Below, in pieces: positions 44,628-57,075 of a stretch of 64,000 nt of DNA. The translations under genes and the position numbers were made by a program. The stretch spans positions 64,001 to 128,000 of the forward strand of contig CAWHTE010000004.1 of assembly GCA_963832165.1 (NCBI GenBank), read 5' to 3'. This DNA comes from an uncultured delta proteobacterium (GTDB lineage: Bacteria > Myxococcota_A > UBA9160 > SMWR01). The notes below the pieces were generated by a model, which saw only the letters and a list, made by a program, of their open reading frames with translations, was not told the origin of the DNA and made no database searches. Numbering within the stretch: the first letter of the stretch is position 1; each line of letters begins with the position of its first letter.

Positions 44628-46697
44628 ATGCCGCGTCAGGCACCGCTCGAGCGCACGCGCAACATCGGCATCATGGCCCACATCGATGCCGGGAAGACGA
44701 CGACTACCGAGCGGATCCTGTTCTACACCGGCGTCAACTACAAGATGGGTGAAGTGCACGACGGCGCCGCAACGATGGACTGGATGGAGCAGGAGCAGGA
44801 GCGTGGCATCACGATCACGTCGGCCGCGACCACCTGCTTCTGGAACGACCATCGCATCAACATCATCGACACGCCGGGCCACGTGGACTTCACGATCGAG
44901 GTCGAGCGCTCGCTGCGCGTGCTCGACGGCGCGGTCGCGGTGTTCGACGGCGTGGCCGGAGTCGAGCCGCAGTCCGAGACGGTCTGGCGCCAGGCGGAGA
45001 AGTACCGCGTGCCGCGGATCGCGTTCGTGAACAAGATGGACCGCGTCGGCGCAGACTTCGAGCGCGTCGTCGCGATGATCCGCTCGCGTCTCGGCGCCAC
45101 CGCGATCCCGCTCCAGCTGCCGATCGGCGCGGAGGACAAGTTTTCGGGCGTCGTCGATCTCCTCGAGGAGCAGGCGATCGTCTGGGACGACACGAGCCTC
45201 GGTGCGAGCTTCGAGACGCGACCCGTGCCCGAAGAGCTGCGCGCCGCGGCGCAGAGCGCCCGCGAGGCCGTGATCGAGGCGGTCGCCGATTTCGACGATG
45301 CACTCACGGCGAAGTACCTCGACGGCGAGCCGATCTCGGCCGATCAAGTGCGCAAGGCGCTGCGCGAGGCGACGCTGCGCCTCGAAGTCGTGCCCGTGCT
45401 ATGCGGCGCGGCGTTCAAGAACAAGGGCGTGCAGCCGCTGCTCGACGGAATCGTGCACTACCTGCCGTCGCCGCTCGACGTCCCGCCCGTGGAGGGCACC
45501 AACCCGAAGACGGGCGAGATCGTCCAGCGCAAGGCCGACGACAACGAGCCGTTCTCGGCCCTCGTGTTCAAGCTGATGAACGACAAGCACGTCGGCCATC
45601 TCACCTACGTCCGCGTCTACTCGGGCCGCGTGGAGCCCGGCACGCAGGTGATCAACGCCGCGACCGGCAAGAAGGAGCGGATCGGGCGGCTGCTCCAGAT
45701 GCACGCGAACAAGCGCGAGGAGATCGAGGAGATCGGCGCGGGAGACATCGCGGCGGTCGTGGGCCTCAAGCTCTCGCGCACGGGCGACACGCTGTGCGAT
45801 TTCCACAAGCAGATCCTGCTCGAGTCGCTGCACTTCCCCGAGCCCGTGCTCTCGATCGCGATCGAGCCGAAGACCCAGGCCGACATGGACAAGCTCGCGC
45901 AGTCGCTCGATCGGCTGACCCAGGAAGACCCGTCGTTCCGGCGCTCGGTCGACGAGGAGACCGGGCAGACGATCATCTCCGGAATGGGCGAGCTCCACCT
46001 CGAGATCATCGCCGATCGCCTCGTGCGCGAGTTCGGAGTGGAGGCCAATGTCGGCAAGCCGCAGGTCGCCTACAAGGAGACGATCACGCGGCAGGTGACT
46101 GTCGAGGGCCGCTACATCAAGCAGACCGGTGGGTCGGGAGACTACGCGGTCGTGAAGCTCCAGGTCGGGCCGAGCAAGCCCGGCGCGGGCTTCTCGTTCG
46201 AGAACGCGCTCAAGGGTGGGGACCTGCCGCGCGAGTTCGTGCCCTCGATCGAGCGCGGCTGCGAGGAGGCGACGCAGAGCGGCGCGCTCGCGGGCTATCC
46301 CGTGGTCGACGTCGCGGTGCGCCTGATCGACGGACAGGCCCACGAGGTCGACTCGTCGGAGCGCTCGTTCAAGATCGCGGCCTCGATGGCGATCAAGGAT
46401 GCGTTCGAGCAGGCGGGACCGGTGCTGCTCGAGCCCGTGATGGCGGTCGAGGTCGTCGTCCCCGACGAGTTCGTCGGCGGCGTGCATGGCGATCTGTCGA
46501 GCCGGCGCGGCGAGATCACCGGCTTCGATACGCGCGGCAACGCCCAGGTCGTGACCGCCGAGGTCCCGCTCTCGAACATGTTCGGCTACGTGAACGAGCT
46601 CCGCTCGCTCACGCAGGGCCGCGCCACCTACACGATGCAGTTCCTGCGCTACGCGCAGGTTCCGGATTCGGTCCGCGACAAACTCGTCTTTCACTGA
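44628..46697 (+). CDS. fusA: Elongation factor G
   Basis: [28 protein letters not shown]. Confidence 0.98.
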   Translation: MPRQAPLERTRNIGIMAHIDAGKTTTTERILFYTGVNYKMGEVHDGAATMDWMEQEQERGITITSAATTCFWNDHRINIIDTPGHVDFTIEVERSLRVLDGAVAVFDGVAGVEPQSETVWRQAEKYRVPRIAFVNKMDRVGADFERVVAMIRSRLGATAIPLQLPIGAEDKFSGVVDLLEEQAIVWDDTSLGASFETRPVPEELRAAAQSAREAVIEAVADFDDALTAKYLDGEPISADQVRKALREATLRLEVVPVLCGAAFKNKGVQPLLDGIVHYLPSPLDVPPVEGTNPKTGEIVQRKADDNEPFSALVFKLMNDKHVGHLTYVRVYSGRVEPGTQVINAATGKKERIGRLLQMHANKREEIEEIGAGDIAAVVGLKLSRTGDTLCDFHKQILLESLHFPEPVLSIAIEPKTQADMDKLAQSLDRLTQEDPSFRRSVDEETGQTIISGMGELHLEIIADRLVREFGVEANVGKPQVAYKETITRQVTVEGRYIKQTGGSGDYAVVKLQVGPSKPGAGFSFENALKGGDLPREFVPSIERGCEEATQSGALAGYPVVDVAVRLIDGQAHEVDSSERSFKIAASMAIKDAFEQAGPVLLEPVMAVEVVVPDEFVGGVHGDLSSRRGEITGFDTRGNAQVVTAEVPLSNMFGYVNELRSLTQGRATYTMQFLRYAQVPDSVRDKLVFH

Positions 46698-46710
46698 GGA
46701 GACCGGAGAA

Positions 46711-47901
<1,191 letters not shown>

Positions 47902-47912
47902 GTAGTAGGCAT

Positions 47913-48230
47913 ATGGGCGATCTCGCATCTCAAAAGATTCGCATCCGGATGAAGGCCTACGACTTCAAGCTGCTCGATCAGAGCGCTGGCGAGATCGTCG
48001 ACACGGCAATGCGCACGGGCGCGCGCGTCGCGGGGCCGATTCCGCTGCCCACGAGCATCAACAAGTACACGGTGCTGCGCGGCCCGCACATCGACAAGAA
48101 GTCGCGCGAGCAGTTCGAGACTCGCACGCACAAGCGCCTGATCGACATCCTCGATCCGACGCCGCAGACCGTGGACGCGCTCATGAAGCTCGAGCTCGCG
48201 GCGGGCGTCGACGTGGAGATCAAACTGTAG
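47913..48230 (+). CDS. rpsJ: 30S ribosomal protein S10
   Basis: [23 protein letters not shown]. Confidence 0.97.
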   Translation: MGDLASQKIRIRMKAYDFKLLDQSAGEIVDTAMRTGARVAGPIPLPTSINKYTVLRGPHIDKKSREQFETRTHKRLIDILDPTPQTVDALMKLELAAGVDVEIKL

Positions 48231-48232
48231 TC

Positions 48233-48896
48233 ATGGCCACGGTGAACGTCGTAACGGTGAAGAATGCCAGCGCGGGCTCGATCGAGCTCCCGCCCGCGGT
48301 CTTCGAGGTCAAGGTGAAGCCCGACCTCTTCCACGCCGAGGTGCGCCGGCAGCTCGCCGCGCGCCACACGGGCACCCACAGCACGAAGAATCGCCACATG
48401 GTGTCGGGTGGCGGGTCGAAGCCGTGGCGGCAGAAGGGCACCGGGCGCGCGCGCCAGGGCAGCACGCGATCGCCGCAGTGGTCCGGCGGCGGCGTCGTGT
48501 TCGGTCCGGTTCCGCGGAGCTACGACCACTCGCTCCCGAAGAAGGTACGGCGCGCGGCGCTGCGCGGAGCGCTGTCGCTGCGCCAGCAGGAGAGCGCGAT
48601 CACGGTGGTCGACGAGCTTCGACCTCTCCGAGTTCAAGACCAAGCGGGTAGCCGAGATCCTGTCCGCACTCGGGCTCTCCGGTGAGAGCGTGCTGATCGT
48701 GATCGCCGAGGCCGACGAGAAGCTCGAGGTGTCGGCGCGCAATCTGCCGCGCATCGGCGTGCTCCGCGTCGAGGGTCTCAACGTCTACGACGTGCTCCTG
48801 CACGCGCGACTCGTGCTCACGAAGGCGGCCGTCGAGGCGATCGACGTGCGCCTGTCCGAACAGCGCCGTAAAGCGGCGCGCGCGGAGTCCGCATGA
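48233..48896 (+). CDS. rplD: 50S ribosomal protein L4; apparent +1 frameshift near 48617
   Basis: [15 protein letters not shown] in one frame; KTK...SARNLP...LNVYDVL in the next frame. Confidence 0.93.
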
Positions 48897-49180
48897 ACCT
48901 CCACGACGTCATACGTCGACCGCTCGTCACCGAGAAGAGCACGGTGGGCCGCGAGACGGCCAACGTCGTCACGCTCGCGGTCGACCCGCGCGCGAGCAAG
49001 CACGACATCCAGCGCGCCGTCGAGATGCTGTTCGACGTGAAGGTCGAGAGCGTCCGCACGATGCGGATGGCGCCCAAGCAGCGGCGCGTCGGAAAGAGCC
49101 AGGGGCGCAAGCCCGAGTGGAAGAAGGCGCTCGTGTGTCTGGCGGAAGGCCAGAGCATCGAGTTCTTCGAGGGAATGTGA
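48893..49180 (+). CDS. rplW: 50S ribosomal protein L23
   Basis: PLVTEKS, WKKA. Confidence 0.96.
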   Translation: MNLHDVIRRPLVTEKSTVGRETANVVTLAVDPRASKHDIQRAVEMLFDVKVESVRTMRMAPKQRRVGKSQGRKPEWKKALVCLAEGQSIEFFEGM

Positions 49181-50010
49181 TGCCGGTCCGAAACTTCCGA
49201 CCCACGACTCCCGGACGCCGCGACATGAGCGTCTCCGACTTCTCGGAGCTCTCGCGCGGCAAGCCCGAGCGCTCGCTGCTCGAAGGGCGGCTCAACAAGA
49301 GCGGCGGCCGCAACTCCAACGGCCACGTCACCTCGTGGCACCGCGGCGGAGGGCACAAGCGCCTCTACCGCAAGATCGACTTCAAGCGCGACAAGCACGG
49401 CATCCCCGCGCGCGTCGCCGCGATCGAGTACGACCCGAACCGGTCCGCCAACATTGCGCTCCTGCACTACGCCGACGGAGAGAAGCGCTACATCCTCGCG
49501 CCGGCCGGGCTCGCGCTCGGCGATCGCGTGCAGTCGGGAGACGACGCCGAGATCCGCACCGGGAACACGCTCTCGCTCGAGAAGATCCCGCTCGGAACAG
49601 TGGTGCACGGCATCGAGACCAAGCCCGGCAAGGGTGCGCAGCTCGTGCGCTCGGCGGGCATGAGCGCGCAGCTGATGGCGCGCGAAGGACGTTATGCCAC
49701 GGTGCGCATGCCCAGCGGCGAGCACCGCCGCGTCCACGTGCGCTGCATGGCGACGATCGGGCAGGTCGGGAACACCGATCACGAGAACCAGAAGATCGGC
49801 AAGGCCGGTCGCTCGCGCTGGAAGGGCAAACGTCCGAACGTGCGCGGCGTCGCGATGAATCCGGTCGATCATCCGATGGGTGGCGGCGAAGGCAAGACGT
49901 CGGGCGGGCGCCACCCCTGCACACCGTGGGGTGTGCCGACCAAGGGTCACAAGACGCGCAACAACCCGCGCACCGACAAATACATCATCAAGCGGCGAGG
50001 CAAGAGGTAA
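49180..50010 (+). CDS. rplB: 50S ribosomal protein L2
   Basis: [19 protein letters not shown]. Confidence 0.98.
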   Translation: MPVRNFRPTTPGRRDMSVSDFSELSRGKPERSLLEGRLNKSGGRNSNGHVTSWHRGGGHKRLYRKIDFKRDKHGIPARVAAIEYDPNRSANIALLHYADGEKRYILAPAGLALGDRVQSGDDAEIRTGNTLSLEKIPLGTVVHGIETKPGKGAQLVRSAGMSAQLMAREGRYATVRMPSGEHRRVHVRCMATIGQVGNTDHENQKIGKAGRSRWKGKRPNVRGVAMNPVDHPMGGGEGKTSGGRHPCTPWGVPTKGHKTRNNPRTDKYIIKRRGKR

Positions 50011-50330
50011 TGGCGCGTTCGCTCCGGAAAGGCCCGTTCGTCGACCCGAGCCTTCAGCGCAAGGTCGATGCGTCGCTCGCGGTCGGATCGAAGCAGGTGA
50101 TTCGCACCTGGTCGCGCCGCTCGATGATCACGCCCGATTTCGTGGGCCTCACGTTCCACGTGCACAACGGCAAGCTGTTCGTCCCCGTGTTCGTGACCGA
50201 GAACATGGTCGGCCACCGCCTGGGCGAGTTCTCGCCCACGCGCAAGTTCACGGGTCACTCGGCGACGAAGAAGGTGAAGACGACGGGCGCGCCCTCTCAG
50301 GGTGGTCCGGTTCCCGGGCAGAAGTCATGA
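50010..50330 (+). CDS. rpsS: 30S ribosomal protein S19 (short C-terminal extension)
   Basis: [23 protein letters not shown]. Confidence 0.97.
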   Translation: MARSLRKGPFVDPSLQRKVDASLAVGSKQVIRTWSRRSMITPDFVGLTFHVHNGKLFVPVFVTENMVGHRLGEFSPTRKFTGHSATKKVKTTGAPSQGGPVPGQKS

Positions 50331-50674
50331 GCGTGACCGCATTCCTCAAGCACTACCGGGTGAGCCCGCGCAAGGTGCGGCTGCTCGCGGATCAGATCCG
50401 CGGCAAGGGCGTCGAGGAGGCGCTCGTGATCCTCGACTTGTCGCCGAAGCGCTTCTCGCGAGCGCTCGCGAAGCTCGTGCGGTCGGCGCTCGCCAACGCG
50501 GAAGAGAAGAACAGCCGGGATCACGCCGGCATCGACATCGACAATCTCGTCGTCGGGACCATCACCGTCGACCAGGGCCCGAGCATGTGGCGCGTTCGCC
50601 CGCGTGCGCAGGGGCGCGCCAACTGGGTCCAGAAGAAGACGGCAAGCGTGCGCGTCGTGCTTTCCGAGGAGTAA
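50327..50674 (+). CDS. rplV: 50S ribosomal protein L22
   Basis: SPRKVRL.AD.IRGK, SA.ANA, PRAQGRA. Confidence 0.96.
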   Translation: MSVTAFLKHYRVSPRKVRLLADQIRGKGVEEALVILDLSPKRFSRALAKLVRSALANAEEKNSRDHAGIDIDNLVVGTITVDQGPSMWRVRPRAQGRANWVQKKTASVRVVLSEE

Positions 50675-50676
50675 TC

Positions 50677-51360
50677 GTGGGACAAAAGGTTCACCCGTAC
50701 GGATTCCGGCTCGGCTCGCTCTATGGATGGCAGTCGAACTGGTTCTCGGAGCGGCGCTATTCGGAGCAGCTGCACGAGGACATCGCGATTCGCAAGTTCA
50801 TCAAGAAGAAGCTCTACCACGCCGGCATCTCGCGCGTCGTGATCGAGCGCACCGGCGACAAGGTGGTGCTTAACATCCACACCGCGCGCCCGGGCATCCT
50901 GATCGGGAAGCGCGGCGCCGAGGTGGAGACGCTGCGCGAGGAGCTGGCGGGCTTCACCGCGAATCGCGAGGTGTTCATCAACATCAAGGAGATCCGCAAG
51001 GCGGAGCTCGATGCGCAGCTCGTCGCGGAGAACGTGGCGCTGCAGCTCGAGCGGCGCGTCGCGTTCCGGCGCGCGATGAAGAAGGCCGTGACGTCGACGA
51101 TGAAGTTCGGAGCCGGCGGAATCCGGATCCAGTGCTCGGGCCGGCTCGGTGGCTCGGAGATGGGACGCCGCGAGTGGTATCGCGAGGGCCGCGTCCCGCT
51201 CCACACGCTGCGCGCCGAGATCGACTACGGCTTCGCCGAGGCAAAGACCACGTACGGCGTGATCGGCGTGAAGTGCTGGGTATTCAAAGGCGACGTCTCC
51301 GATCGCGAGCTGCGCCAGGGCACGCTCGCTTCGCGGATCGGCGAGGTCACGACGAGATAG
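50677..51360 (+). CDS. rpsC: 30S ribosomal protein S3
   Basis: [22 protein letters not shown]. Confidence 0.98.
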   Translation: MGQKVHPYGFRLGSLYGWQSNWFSERRYSEQLHEDIAIRKFIKKKLYHAGISRVVIERTGDKVVLNIHTARPGILIGKRGAEVETLREELAGFTANREVFINIKEIRKAELDAQLVAENVALQLERRVAFRRAMKKAVTSTMKFGAGGIRIQCSGRLGGSEMGRREWYREGRVPLHTLRAEIDYGFAEAKTTYGVIGVKCWVFKGDVSDRELRQGTLASRIGEVTTR

Positions 51361-51363
51361 GTC

Positions 51364-51780
51364 ATGCTGCAACCCAAGAAGGTCAAACACCGCAAGGTTT
51401 TCAAGGGGCGTATGCGCGGCAAGGCGTACCGCGGATCGACGCTCTCGTTCGGCGAGTACGGGCTCCAGGCGACCGAGCAGTCGCGCGTGACCGCGCGCCA
51501 GATCGAGGCGGCGCGCGTCGCGATGACCCGCCACGTCAAGCGCGGCGGCAAGGTCTGGATCCGGATCTTCCCGGACAAGCCGATCACGAAGAAGCCCGCC
51601 GAGACGCGCATGGGCAAGGGCAAGGGCAACCCCGAAGAGTGGGTAGCCGTCGTGAAACCGGGCCGGATCCTCTACGAGATGGAAGGCGTGACGCCCCAGG
51701 TAGCGCGCCAAGCGCTCAAGCTCGCCGCGAGCAAGCTGCCGCTCGCGACGAGGTTCATCGAGCGGAGCGCGATCCTATGA
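51364..51780 (+). CDS. rplP: 50S ribosomal protein L16
   Basis: [15 protein letters not shown]. Confidence 0.98.
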   Translation: MLQPKKVKHRKVFKGRMRGKAYRGSTLSFGEYGLQATEQSRVTARQIEAARVAMTRHVKRGGKVWIRIFPDKPITKKPAETRMGKGKGNPEEWVAVVKPGRILYEMEGVTPQVARQALKLAASKLPLATRFIERSAIL

Positions 51781-51974
51781 AGGCGAAGGAATGGCGCGAT
51801 CTCAACCTCGAAGAGGTCGAGGCGAAGGCGAGTCAGCTGCGGGGCGAGCTGTTCACGGCACGGATTCGCAAAGAGACCGGACAGCTCGAGAACACGGCGA
51901 AGCTTCGAACGCTTCGCCGCGACATCGCTCGCGCGGAGACGATCCTGCGCGAGCGACGCGGAGCGGGTGAATGA
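51777..51974 (+). CDS. rpmC: 50S ribosomal protein L29
   Basis: GQLENT...RRDIAR; synteny. Confidence 0.94.
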   Translation: MKAKEWRDLNLEEVEAKASQLRGELFTARIRKETGQLENTAKLRTLRRDIARAETILRERRGAGE

Positions 51975-52234
51975 GCAAACGCGGCATGAGGCGCACGATG
52001 GTCGGCGTGGTCGTGAGCAACAAGATGGACAAGACCGTGGTGGTACGGGTCGAGCGCCTGGTGCAGGACCCCGAGTACAAGAAGTACGTCCGCCGCTATT
52101 CGCGGTTCATGGCCCACGACGAGGCGAATGCCTGCAACGTCGGTGACCAGGTCCAGATCATCGAACACCGGCCGATTTCGAAACGAAAACGCTGGAAGGT
52201 GCAGGCCACCCTCTCGGCGGCGGCCACCGTCTAG
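51971..52234 (+). CDS. rpsQ: 30S ribosomal protein S17
   Basis: [19 protein letters not shown]. Confidence 0.97.
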   Translation: MSKRGMRRTMVGVVVSNKMDKTVVVRVERLVQDPEYKKYVRRYSRFMAHDEANACNVGDQVQIIEHRPISKRKRWKVQATLSAAATV

Positions 52235-52251
52235 AGAATGGACGAGCGATC

Positions 52252-52620
52252 ATGATCCAGGTAGAAACCGTATTGGAAGTCGCCGACAACTCGGGCGCCC
52301 GCAAGGTCGCGTGCATCCGCGTGCTCGGCGGCTCGCGCCGGCGCTATGCGTCGGTGGGCGATCTGATCGTCGTGTCCGTGAAGGACGCGATCCCGAACGC
52401 GCGGGTCAAGAAGGGCGAGGTCCGGCGCGCGGTGGTCGTGCGAACGGCGCGCGCGATCTCGCGCAGCGACGGCTCCTACATCCGCTTCGACGACAACGCG
52501 GCCGTGATCCTGGACAACCAGAAGGAGCCGATCGGCACGCGCATCTTCGGTCCCGTCGCGCGCGAGCTCCGGGCCCGCAAGTTCATGAAGATCATCTCGC
52601 TCGCACCCGAGGTCCTCTGA
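52252..52620 (+). CDS. rplN: 50S ribosomal protein L14
   Basis: [22 protein letters not shown]. Confidence 0.98.
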   Translation: MIQVETVLEVADNSGARKVACIRVLGGSRRRYASVGDLIVVSVKDAIPNARVKKGEVRRAVVVRTARAISRSDGSYIRFDDNAAVILDNQKEPIGTRIFGPVARELRARKFMKIISLAPEVL

Positions 52621-52621
52621 G

Positions 52622-53164
52622 ATGACGCCGCGACTGCTCGAACGATACCGGTCCGAGATCGTACCGAAGCTCTCGCAGGAGTTCGGGTTCAAGAACGTCC
52701 ACCAGGTACCGCGCCTCGAGAAGGTGGTGGTGAACATGGGCGTCGGCAAAGCGACGCAGAACGCGAAACTGATCGAGAAGGCCGCCGAGGAGCTCGCGGC
52801 GATCACGGGCCAGAAGGCCGCGGTCCGGAAGGCGCGCAAGTCGATCGCGAACTTCAAGCTGCGCCAGGGCCAGGCGATCGGCTGCACCGTGACGCTGCGC
52901 GGAACGCGCATGTGGGAGTTCTTCGATCGTCTCGTGAACGTGTCGCTGCCGCGCGTGCGCGACTTCAAGGGCGTCTCGGTCAAGGCATTCGACGGCCGCG
53001 GCAACTTTTCACTGGGGATCCGCGAACAGATCATCTTTCCCGAGATCGACTACGACTCGGTGGAGAACATCACTGGGCTCAACGTCACGGTGGTGACGAG
53101 CGCCCGCAACGACGCCGAGGGCAAGGCGCTGCTCGCGCACCTCGGCATGCCTTTCCGTCCCTGA
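52622..53164 (+). CDS. rplE: 50S ribosomal protein L5
   Basis: ITGQK, LPRVRDF.G, FDGRGN, FPEI. Confidence 0.98.
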   Translation: MTPRLLERYRSEIVPKLSQEFGFKNVHQVPRLEKVVVNMGVGKATQNAKLIEKAAEELAAITGQKAAVRKARKSIANFKLRQGQAIGCTVTLRGTRMWEFFDRLVNVSLPRVRDFKGVSVKAFDGRGNFSLGIREQIIFPEIDYDSVENITGLNVTVVTSARNDAEGKALLAHLGMPFRP

Positions 53165-53179
53165 GAGGAACTCCTCCGT

Positions 53180-53575
53180 ATGATGACCGACCCGATCGCC
53201 GACATGTTGACGCGCATCCGCAACGCGGGCTCCGCGCGGCACGCGCAGACTTCGTGCCCTTCCTCGAAGGAGAAGGTCGCGATCGCGACCGTGCTCCAGC
53301 GCGCGGGCTTCCTCGACTCGGTGAAGGTGGAGGAGCGCGACGGCCACCCGAGTCTCGTGCTGGGCATCCGCTACGACGAGGCGGGGCGGCCGCTGATCGA
53401 CGGCATCCAGCGCGTGAGCAAGCCCGGGCGACGCGTGTACGTGGGCAAGGAGGAGCTGCCGCGCGTGCGCAACGGGCTCGGCGTGGCCGTGATCTCCACC
53501 TCGCGCGGAGTGCTCTCGGACCGCGAAGCCCGCGAGCAGAGCCTCGGCGGCGAGCTGCTCTGTGAGGTCTGGTAG
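53180..53575 (+). CDS. rpsH: 30S ribosomal protein S8
   Basis: DPIADMLTRIRN, SKPGRRVY, GGELL. Confidence 0.98.
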   Translation: MMTDPIADMLTRIRNAGSARHAQTSCPSSKEKVAIATVLQRAGFLDSVKVEERDGHPSLVLGIRYDEAGRPLIDGIQRVSKPGRRVYVGKEELPRVRNGLGVAVISTSRGVLSDREAREQSLGGELLCEVW

Positions 53576-53577
53576 GC

Positions 53578-54126
53578 ATGTCGCGCATCGGTAATCGACC
53601 CGTCGAGATCCCCTCCGGTGTCACCGTCGACAAGATCGACGGCGGCGTCCGCGTGAAGGGTCCGAAGGGCACGCTCTCCGAGCAGCTGCCCCCGACGATC
53701 GGCGTGGAGATCGAGAGCGGGCAGGTCGTGTTCCGCCGCGCCGACAACAGCGGGCCGACCCGCGCGCTGCACGGGCTCGTACGGGCGCTCGTGAACAACA
53801 TGGTGAAGGGCGTGCAGGCGCCGTTCGTGCGCGAGCTCGAGATCCAGGGTGTCGGCTATCGCGCCGAGGCGTCGGGCAAGAAGCTCACGATGCTGCTCGG
53901 CTACTCGCATCCGATCGAGGTCCCGGTGCCCGAAGGGCTGTCGGTCTCCGTCGATCGCAACGTGATCGTCCGGATCGAGGGAATCGATCGCCGCCGGGTC
54001 GGGCAGTTCGCGGCCGACATCCGCGCGCTGCGCCCGCCGGAGCCCTACAAGGGCAAAGGGGTCCGGTACATCGACGAGCGCGTGCGGCGCAAGGTCGGCA
54101 AGGCGGCTGCCGGCTCGGCGGGTTGA
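53578..54126 (+). CDS. rplF: 50S ribosomal protein L6
   Basis: MSRIG, GVGYRA, PEPYKGKG. Confidence 0.98.
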   Translation: MSRIGNRPVEIPSGVTVDKIDGGVRVKGPKGTLSEQLPPTIGVEIESGQVVFRRADNSGPTRALHGLVRALVNNMVKGVQAPFVRELEIQGVGYRAEASGKKLTMLLGYSHPIEVPVPEGLSVSVDRNVIVRIEGIDRRRVGQFAADIRALRPPEPYKGKGVRYIDERVRRKVGKAAAGSAG

Positions 54127-54139
54127 CGGTAAGCGGAGT

Positions 54140-54169
54140 GCGCAGCGAACCGCAGGCGAGCGGACATCA
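54140..54169 (+). repeat. Degenerate junction repeat, rplF-rplR intergenic
   Basis: GCGCAGCGAACCGCAGGCGAGCGGACATCA. Confidence 0.65.
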
Positions 54170-54199
54170 TTAGGTCGGGCGCGCGGAGACAAACGAGCG

Positions 54200-54568
54200 A
54201 TGAAACGCAAGATTCGAGACGAGGCCGATCGCAAGTGGCAGCTGCGCAAGCGGCGCAGCGCGGGATCCGTGTCGCGCAGCACGCGCGCGCGCGTGACCGT
54301 GTTTCGCAGCGCGCGCCACATCTATGCGCAGCTCATCGACGCGACTTCGGGGCGCACGATCGGGTCCGTGTCGAGCCGCTCGAAGGCGATCGTCGGCGAC
54401 GGCCAGACCGGCAACGTCGAGGCCGCGAAGAAGGTGGGCGCCGCGCTCGCGGCGCTCGCGCGCGAGCACCAGATCCAGGAGGCCGTGTTCAACCGGAACG
54501 GCTTCCTCTACCACGGACGCGTCAAGGCGCTCGCCGACGCAGCCCGCGAGGCCGGGCTTCGGTTCTAG
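54200..54568 (+). CDS. rplR: 50S ribosomal protein L18
   Basis: VFRS.RHIYAQLID, YHGRVKALADAAREAGL.F. Confidence 0.97.
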   Translation: MKRKIRDEADRKWQLRKRRSAGSVSRSTRARVTVFRSARHIYAQLIDATSGRTIGSVSSRSKAIVGDGQTGNVEAAKKVGAALAALAREHQIQEAVFNRNGFLYHGRVKALADAAREAGLRF

Positions 54569-54606
54569 TGGCGAAGCCGCCAACTCCAAACGATTCGAAG
54601 GAATGA

Positions 54607-55095
54607 ATGCCGCAACTCAATGCAAATGACTACGAGCTGACCGATCGCGTCGTGCACATCAACCGCGTCGCGAAGGTGGTGAAGGGCGGACGCCGCTTCA
54701 ACTTCAGCGCACTCGTGGTGGTCGGAGACGGTGCGGGCGTGGTCGGTGCCGGGTACGGCAAGGCCGGCGAGGTGCCCGAGGCGATCCGAAAGGGCATCGA
54801 GCGCGCGCGCAAGTCGCTGATCGAAGTGCCGCTCCAGGACGGACGCACGCTGCCGCACGAGATCATTGGCCACTTCGGCGCCGCGCGCGTGCTGCTCAAG
54901 CCGGCTGCGCCCGGCACGGGCGTGATCGCGGGCGGCCCCGTGCGCGCGGTGCTCGAGGCGGCCGGCGTCCACGACGTGCTCACGAAGACGCTCGGCACGA
55001 GCAACCCGATCAACGTCGTGCGCGCGACGATGACGGCGTTGCTCGAGCTCCGCGATCCCGAAGAGCGGCTCGCCCAGCTGCAGGGGAACGTGTGA
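54607..55095 (+). CDS. rpsE: 30S ribosomal protein S5
   Basis: [23 protein letters not shown]. Confidence 0.98.
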   Translation: MPQLNANDYELTDRVVHINRVAKVVKGGRRFNFSALVVVGDGAGVVGAGYGKAGEVPEAIRKGIERARKSLIEVPLQDGRTLPHEIIGHFGAARVLLKPAAPGTGVIAGGPVRAVLEAAGVHDVLTKTLGTSNPINVVRATMTALLELRDPEERLAQLQGNV

Positions 55096-55325
55096 TGGCG
55101 CCGCAAGTTTCGAGCAGCGAGAAGGCGGGCGAAGGCCAGAAGGCGGGCAAGACGGTCTCGGTGCGCTGGGTGAAGAGCCAGATCGGATTCGATCAGCGCC
55201 AGCGCGCAACGCTGCGCGGGCTCGGTTTCCGGCGCCTGAACCAGCGCGTGCAGCTCGAGGATACGCCCTCGATCCGCGGGATGATCTACAAGGTGCGCCA
55301 CCTCGTCGTGGTGGAGGAAGGCTGA
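55095..55325 (+). CDS. rpmD: 50S ribosomal protein L30 with a repeat-derived N-terminal extension
   Basis: [32 protein letters not shown] coupling to rpsE. Confidence 0.95.
   Translation: MAPQVSSSEKAGEGQKAGKTVSVRWVKSQIGFDQRQRATLRGLGFRRLNQRVQLEDTPSIRGMIYKVRHLVVVEEG
55104..55138 (+). repeat. Diverged repeat (3-nt deletion, frame kept) in the rpmD N-terminus
   Basis: CAAGTTTCGAGCAGCGAGAAGGCGGGCGAAGGCCA, encoding [12 protein letters not shown]. Confidence 0.75.
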
Positions 55326-55768
55326 TGCTCGATCGACTCTCGCCGCGACCGAACTCGCGTCGAAAGATCAAGCGCGTGGGCCGCGGGCCCGGCTCCGGCA
55401 ACGGCAAGACCTCGGGCCGCGGCGTCAAAGGGCAGGGCAAGCGCTCGACCGGACGCGAGACCCCGTTCCATTTCGAGGGCGGTCAGATGCCGCTCGTGCG
55501 GCGCGTGCCCAAGCGCGGCTTCCACAGCCTGTTCGGCACCACCTACCGGATCATCAACGTCGGCTCGCTCAAGCCCTACGGCGACGGCGGCGAGGTGGAT
55601 CCCACGAACCTCGAGCGGCGCGGGCTCGTCGAGCACGGGCGCGGCGGCGTGAAGCTGCTCGCCGAGGGCGAGCCGCCGCGCAATCTGCGCGTGAAGGTGC
55701 ACCAGGTCAGCGCTGCGGCGCGCAGGAAGATCGAAGAGGCGGGTGGCTCGGTGGAGCTCCTCGGATGA
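55325..55768 (+). CDS. rplO: 50S ribosomal protein L15
   Basis: RVGRG.GSG.GKT.GRG.KGQ, FEGGQMPL.RR.PKRGF. Confidence 0.98.
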   Translation: MLDRLSPRPNSRRKIKRVGRGPGSGNGKTSGRGVKGQGKRSTGRETPFHFEGGQMPLVRRVPKRGFHSLFGTTYRIINVGSLKPYGDGGEVDPTNLERRGLVEHGRGGVKLLAEGEPPRNLRVKVHQVSAAARRKIEEAGGSVELLG

Positions 55769-57075
55769 TCGCTGGCGTCCAGAACATCGGGAGGATCACG
55801 GAGCTCCGGCAACGGATCCTCTTCACGTTCGGGATGCTCGCGGTCTACCGCGTGGGCGCGTACATCGTCACGCCCGGCATCGATCCCGAGGTCGTGCGCA
55901 ACTTCTTTGCGCAGATGCAGGGAACGATCTTCGGCCTGTTCACGCTGTTCTCGGGCGGAGCGCTCGAGCAGCTCTCGATCTTCTCGCTGGGCATCATGCC
56001 CTACATCAGCGCCTCGATCATCTTCCAGCTGCTCACGATCGTGATCCCGCAGCTCGAGGAGCTCAAGAAGGAAGGCGAGCAGGGTCAGCGTCGGATCAAC
56101 CAGTTCACGCGTTATGCGACGATCGGGCTCGCGCTGTTCCAGGGCTTCCTGCTCGCGGTCGCGCTCGAGAACGGCCAGTTCGGCGCGGGTGCGGTCACGA
56201 ACCCGGGCTGGGCCTTCCGGATCATGTGCGCGCTCACGCTCACCACGGGCACCGCATTCATCATGTGGCTGGGCGAGCAGATCACCGAGCGCGGCATCGG
56301 CAACGGAATCTCGCTGATCATCTTCGCGGGCATCATCATCCGGATCCCGTCGGCGATCGCGAATCTGTTCGACCTGATCAGCACCGACCAGTTCTCTCTG
56401 CTCCAGACCGTTGTGTTCGCCGCGATGGCGGTCTTCGTGGTGTTCCTCGTGATCATCGTCGAGCGCGGCCAGCGCCGGATCCCGATCCAGCACGCGCGGC
56501 GCGTGGTGGGAAAGCGCGTCCAGCAGGGCGGCATGACCTACTTCCCGCTGCGCGTGAACACGGCGGGCGTGATCCCCGCGATCTTCGCGTCGTCGCTGCT
56601 GCTCTTCCCGCTCACGGTCGGCCAGTTCACCAACACGCCCGCGGTCGAGCAGTTCATCCAGGACTACATGAATCCGGGCGGCTGGGTGTACGAGGGGATC
56701 TACGTCGGGCTGATCGTCTTCTTCACCTACTTCTACACGGCGATCATGATCAACCCGGTCGACGTCGCCGAGAACATCAAGCGCTCGGGCGCGTACATTC
56801 CGGGCATCCGGCCCGGCAAGAAGACCGCCGAGTACATCGACCGCATCCTCTCGCGGATCACGCTGGTCGGCGCGCTCTACATCTCGGCCGTGTGCGTGCT
56901 GCCGACGCTCCTCGCCACCCGCATGGGGCTCCCGTTCCAGTACGGCGGAACGGCGCTCCTGATCGTGGTGGGCGTCGGACTCGACACGATTGCCCAGATC
57001 GAGGCGCACCTCGTCTCGCGCCAGTACGAAGGCTTCGCGCAGGGCGCGCGGATCCGGGGACGGTTGCAGCGATGA
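55765..57075 (+). CDS. secY: Preprotein translocase subunit SecY
   Basis: SIFSLGIMPYISASII, GIGNGISL, IPGIRPG, GGTALLIVV. Confidence 0.98.
   Translation: MIAGVQNIGRITELRQRILFTFGMLAVYRVGAYIVTPGIDPEVVRNFFAQMQGTIFGLFTLFSGGALEQLSIFSLGIMPYISASIIFQLLTIVIPQLEELKKEGEQGQRRINQFTRYATIGLALFQGFLLAVALENGQFGAGAVTNPGWAFRIMCALTLTTGTAFIMWLGEQITERGIGNGISLIIFAGIIIRIPSAIANLFDLISTDQFSLLQTVVFAAMAVFVVFLVIIVERGQRRIPIQHARRVVGKRVQQGGMTYFPLRVNTAGVIPAIFASSLLLFPLTVGQFTNTPAVEQFIQDYMNPGGWVYEGIYVGLIVFFTYFYTAIMINPVDVAENIKRSGAYIPGIRPGKKTAEYIDRILSRITLVGALYISAVCVLPTLLATRMGLPFQYGGTALLIVVGVGLDTIAQIEAHLVSRQYEGFAQGARIRGRLQR

Noticed and set aside
48231..52621. The repeat as the cause of rplC/rplX/rpsN loss
   Set aside because: No repeat remnant at any of the three junctions (gaps of 2, 1 and 15 nt).
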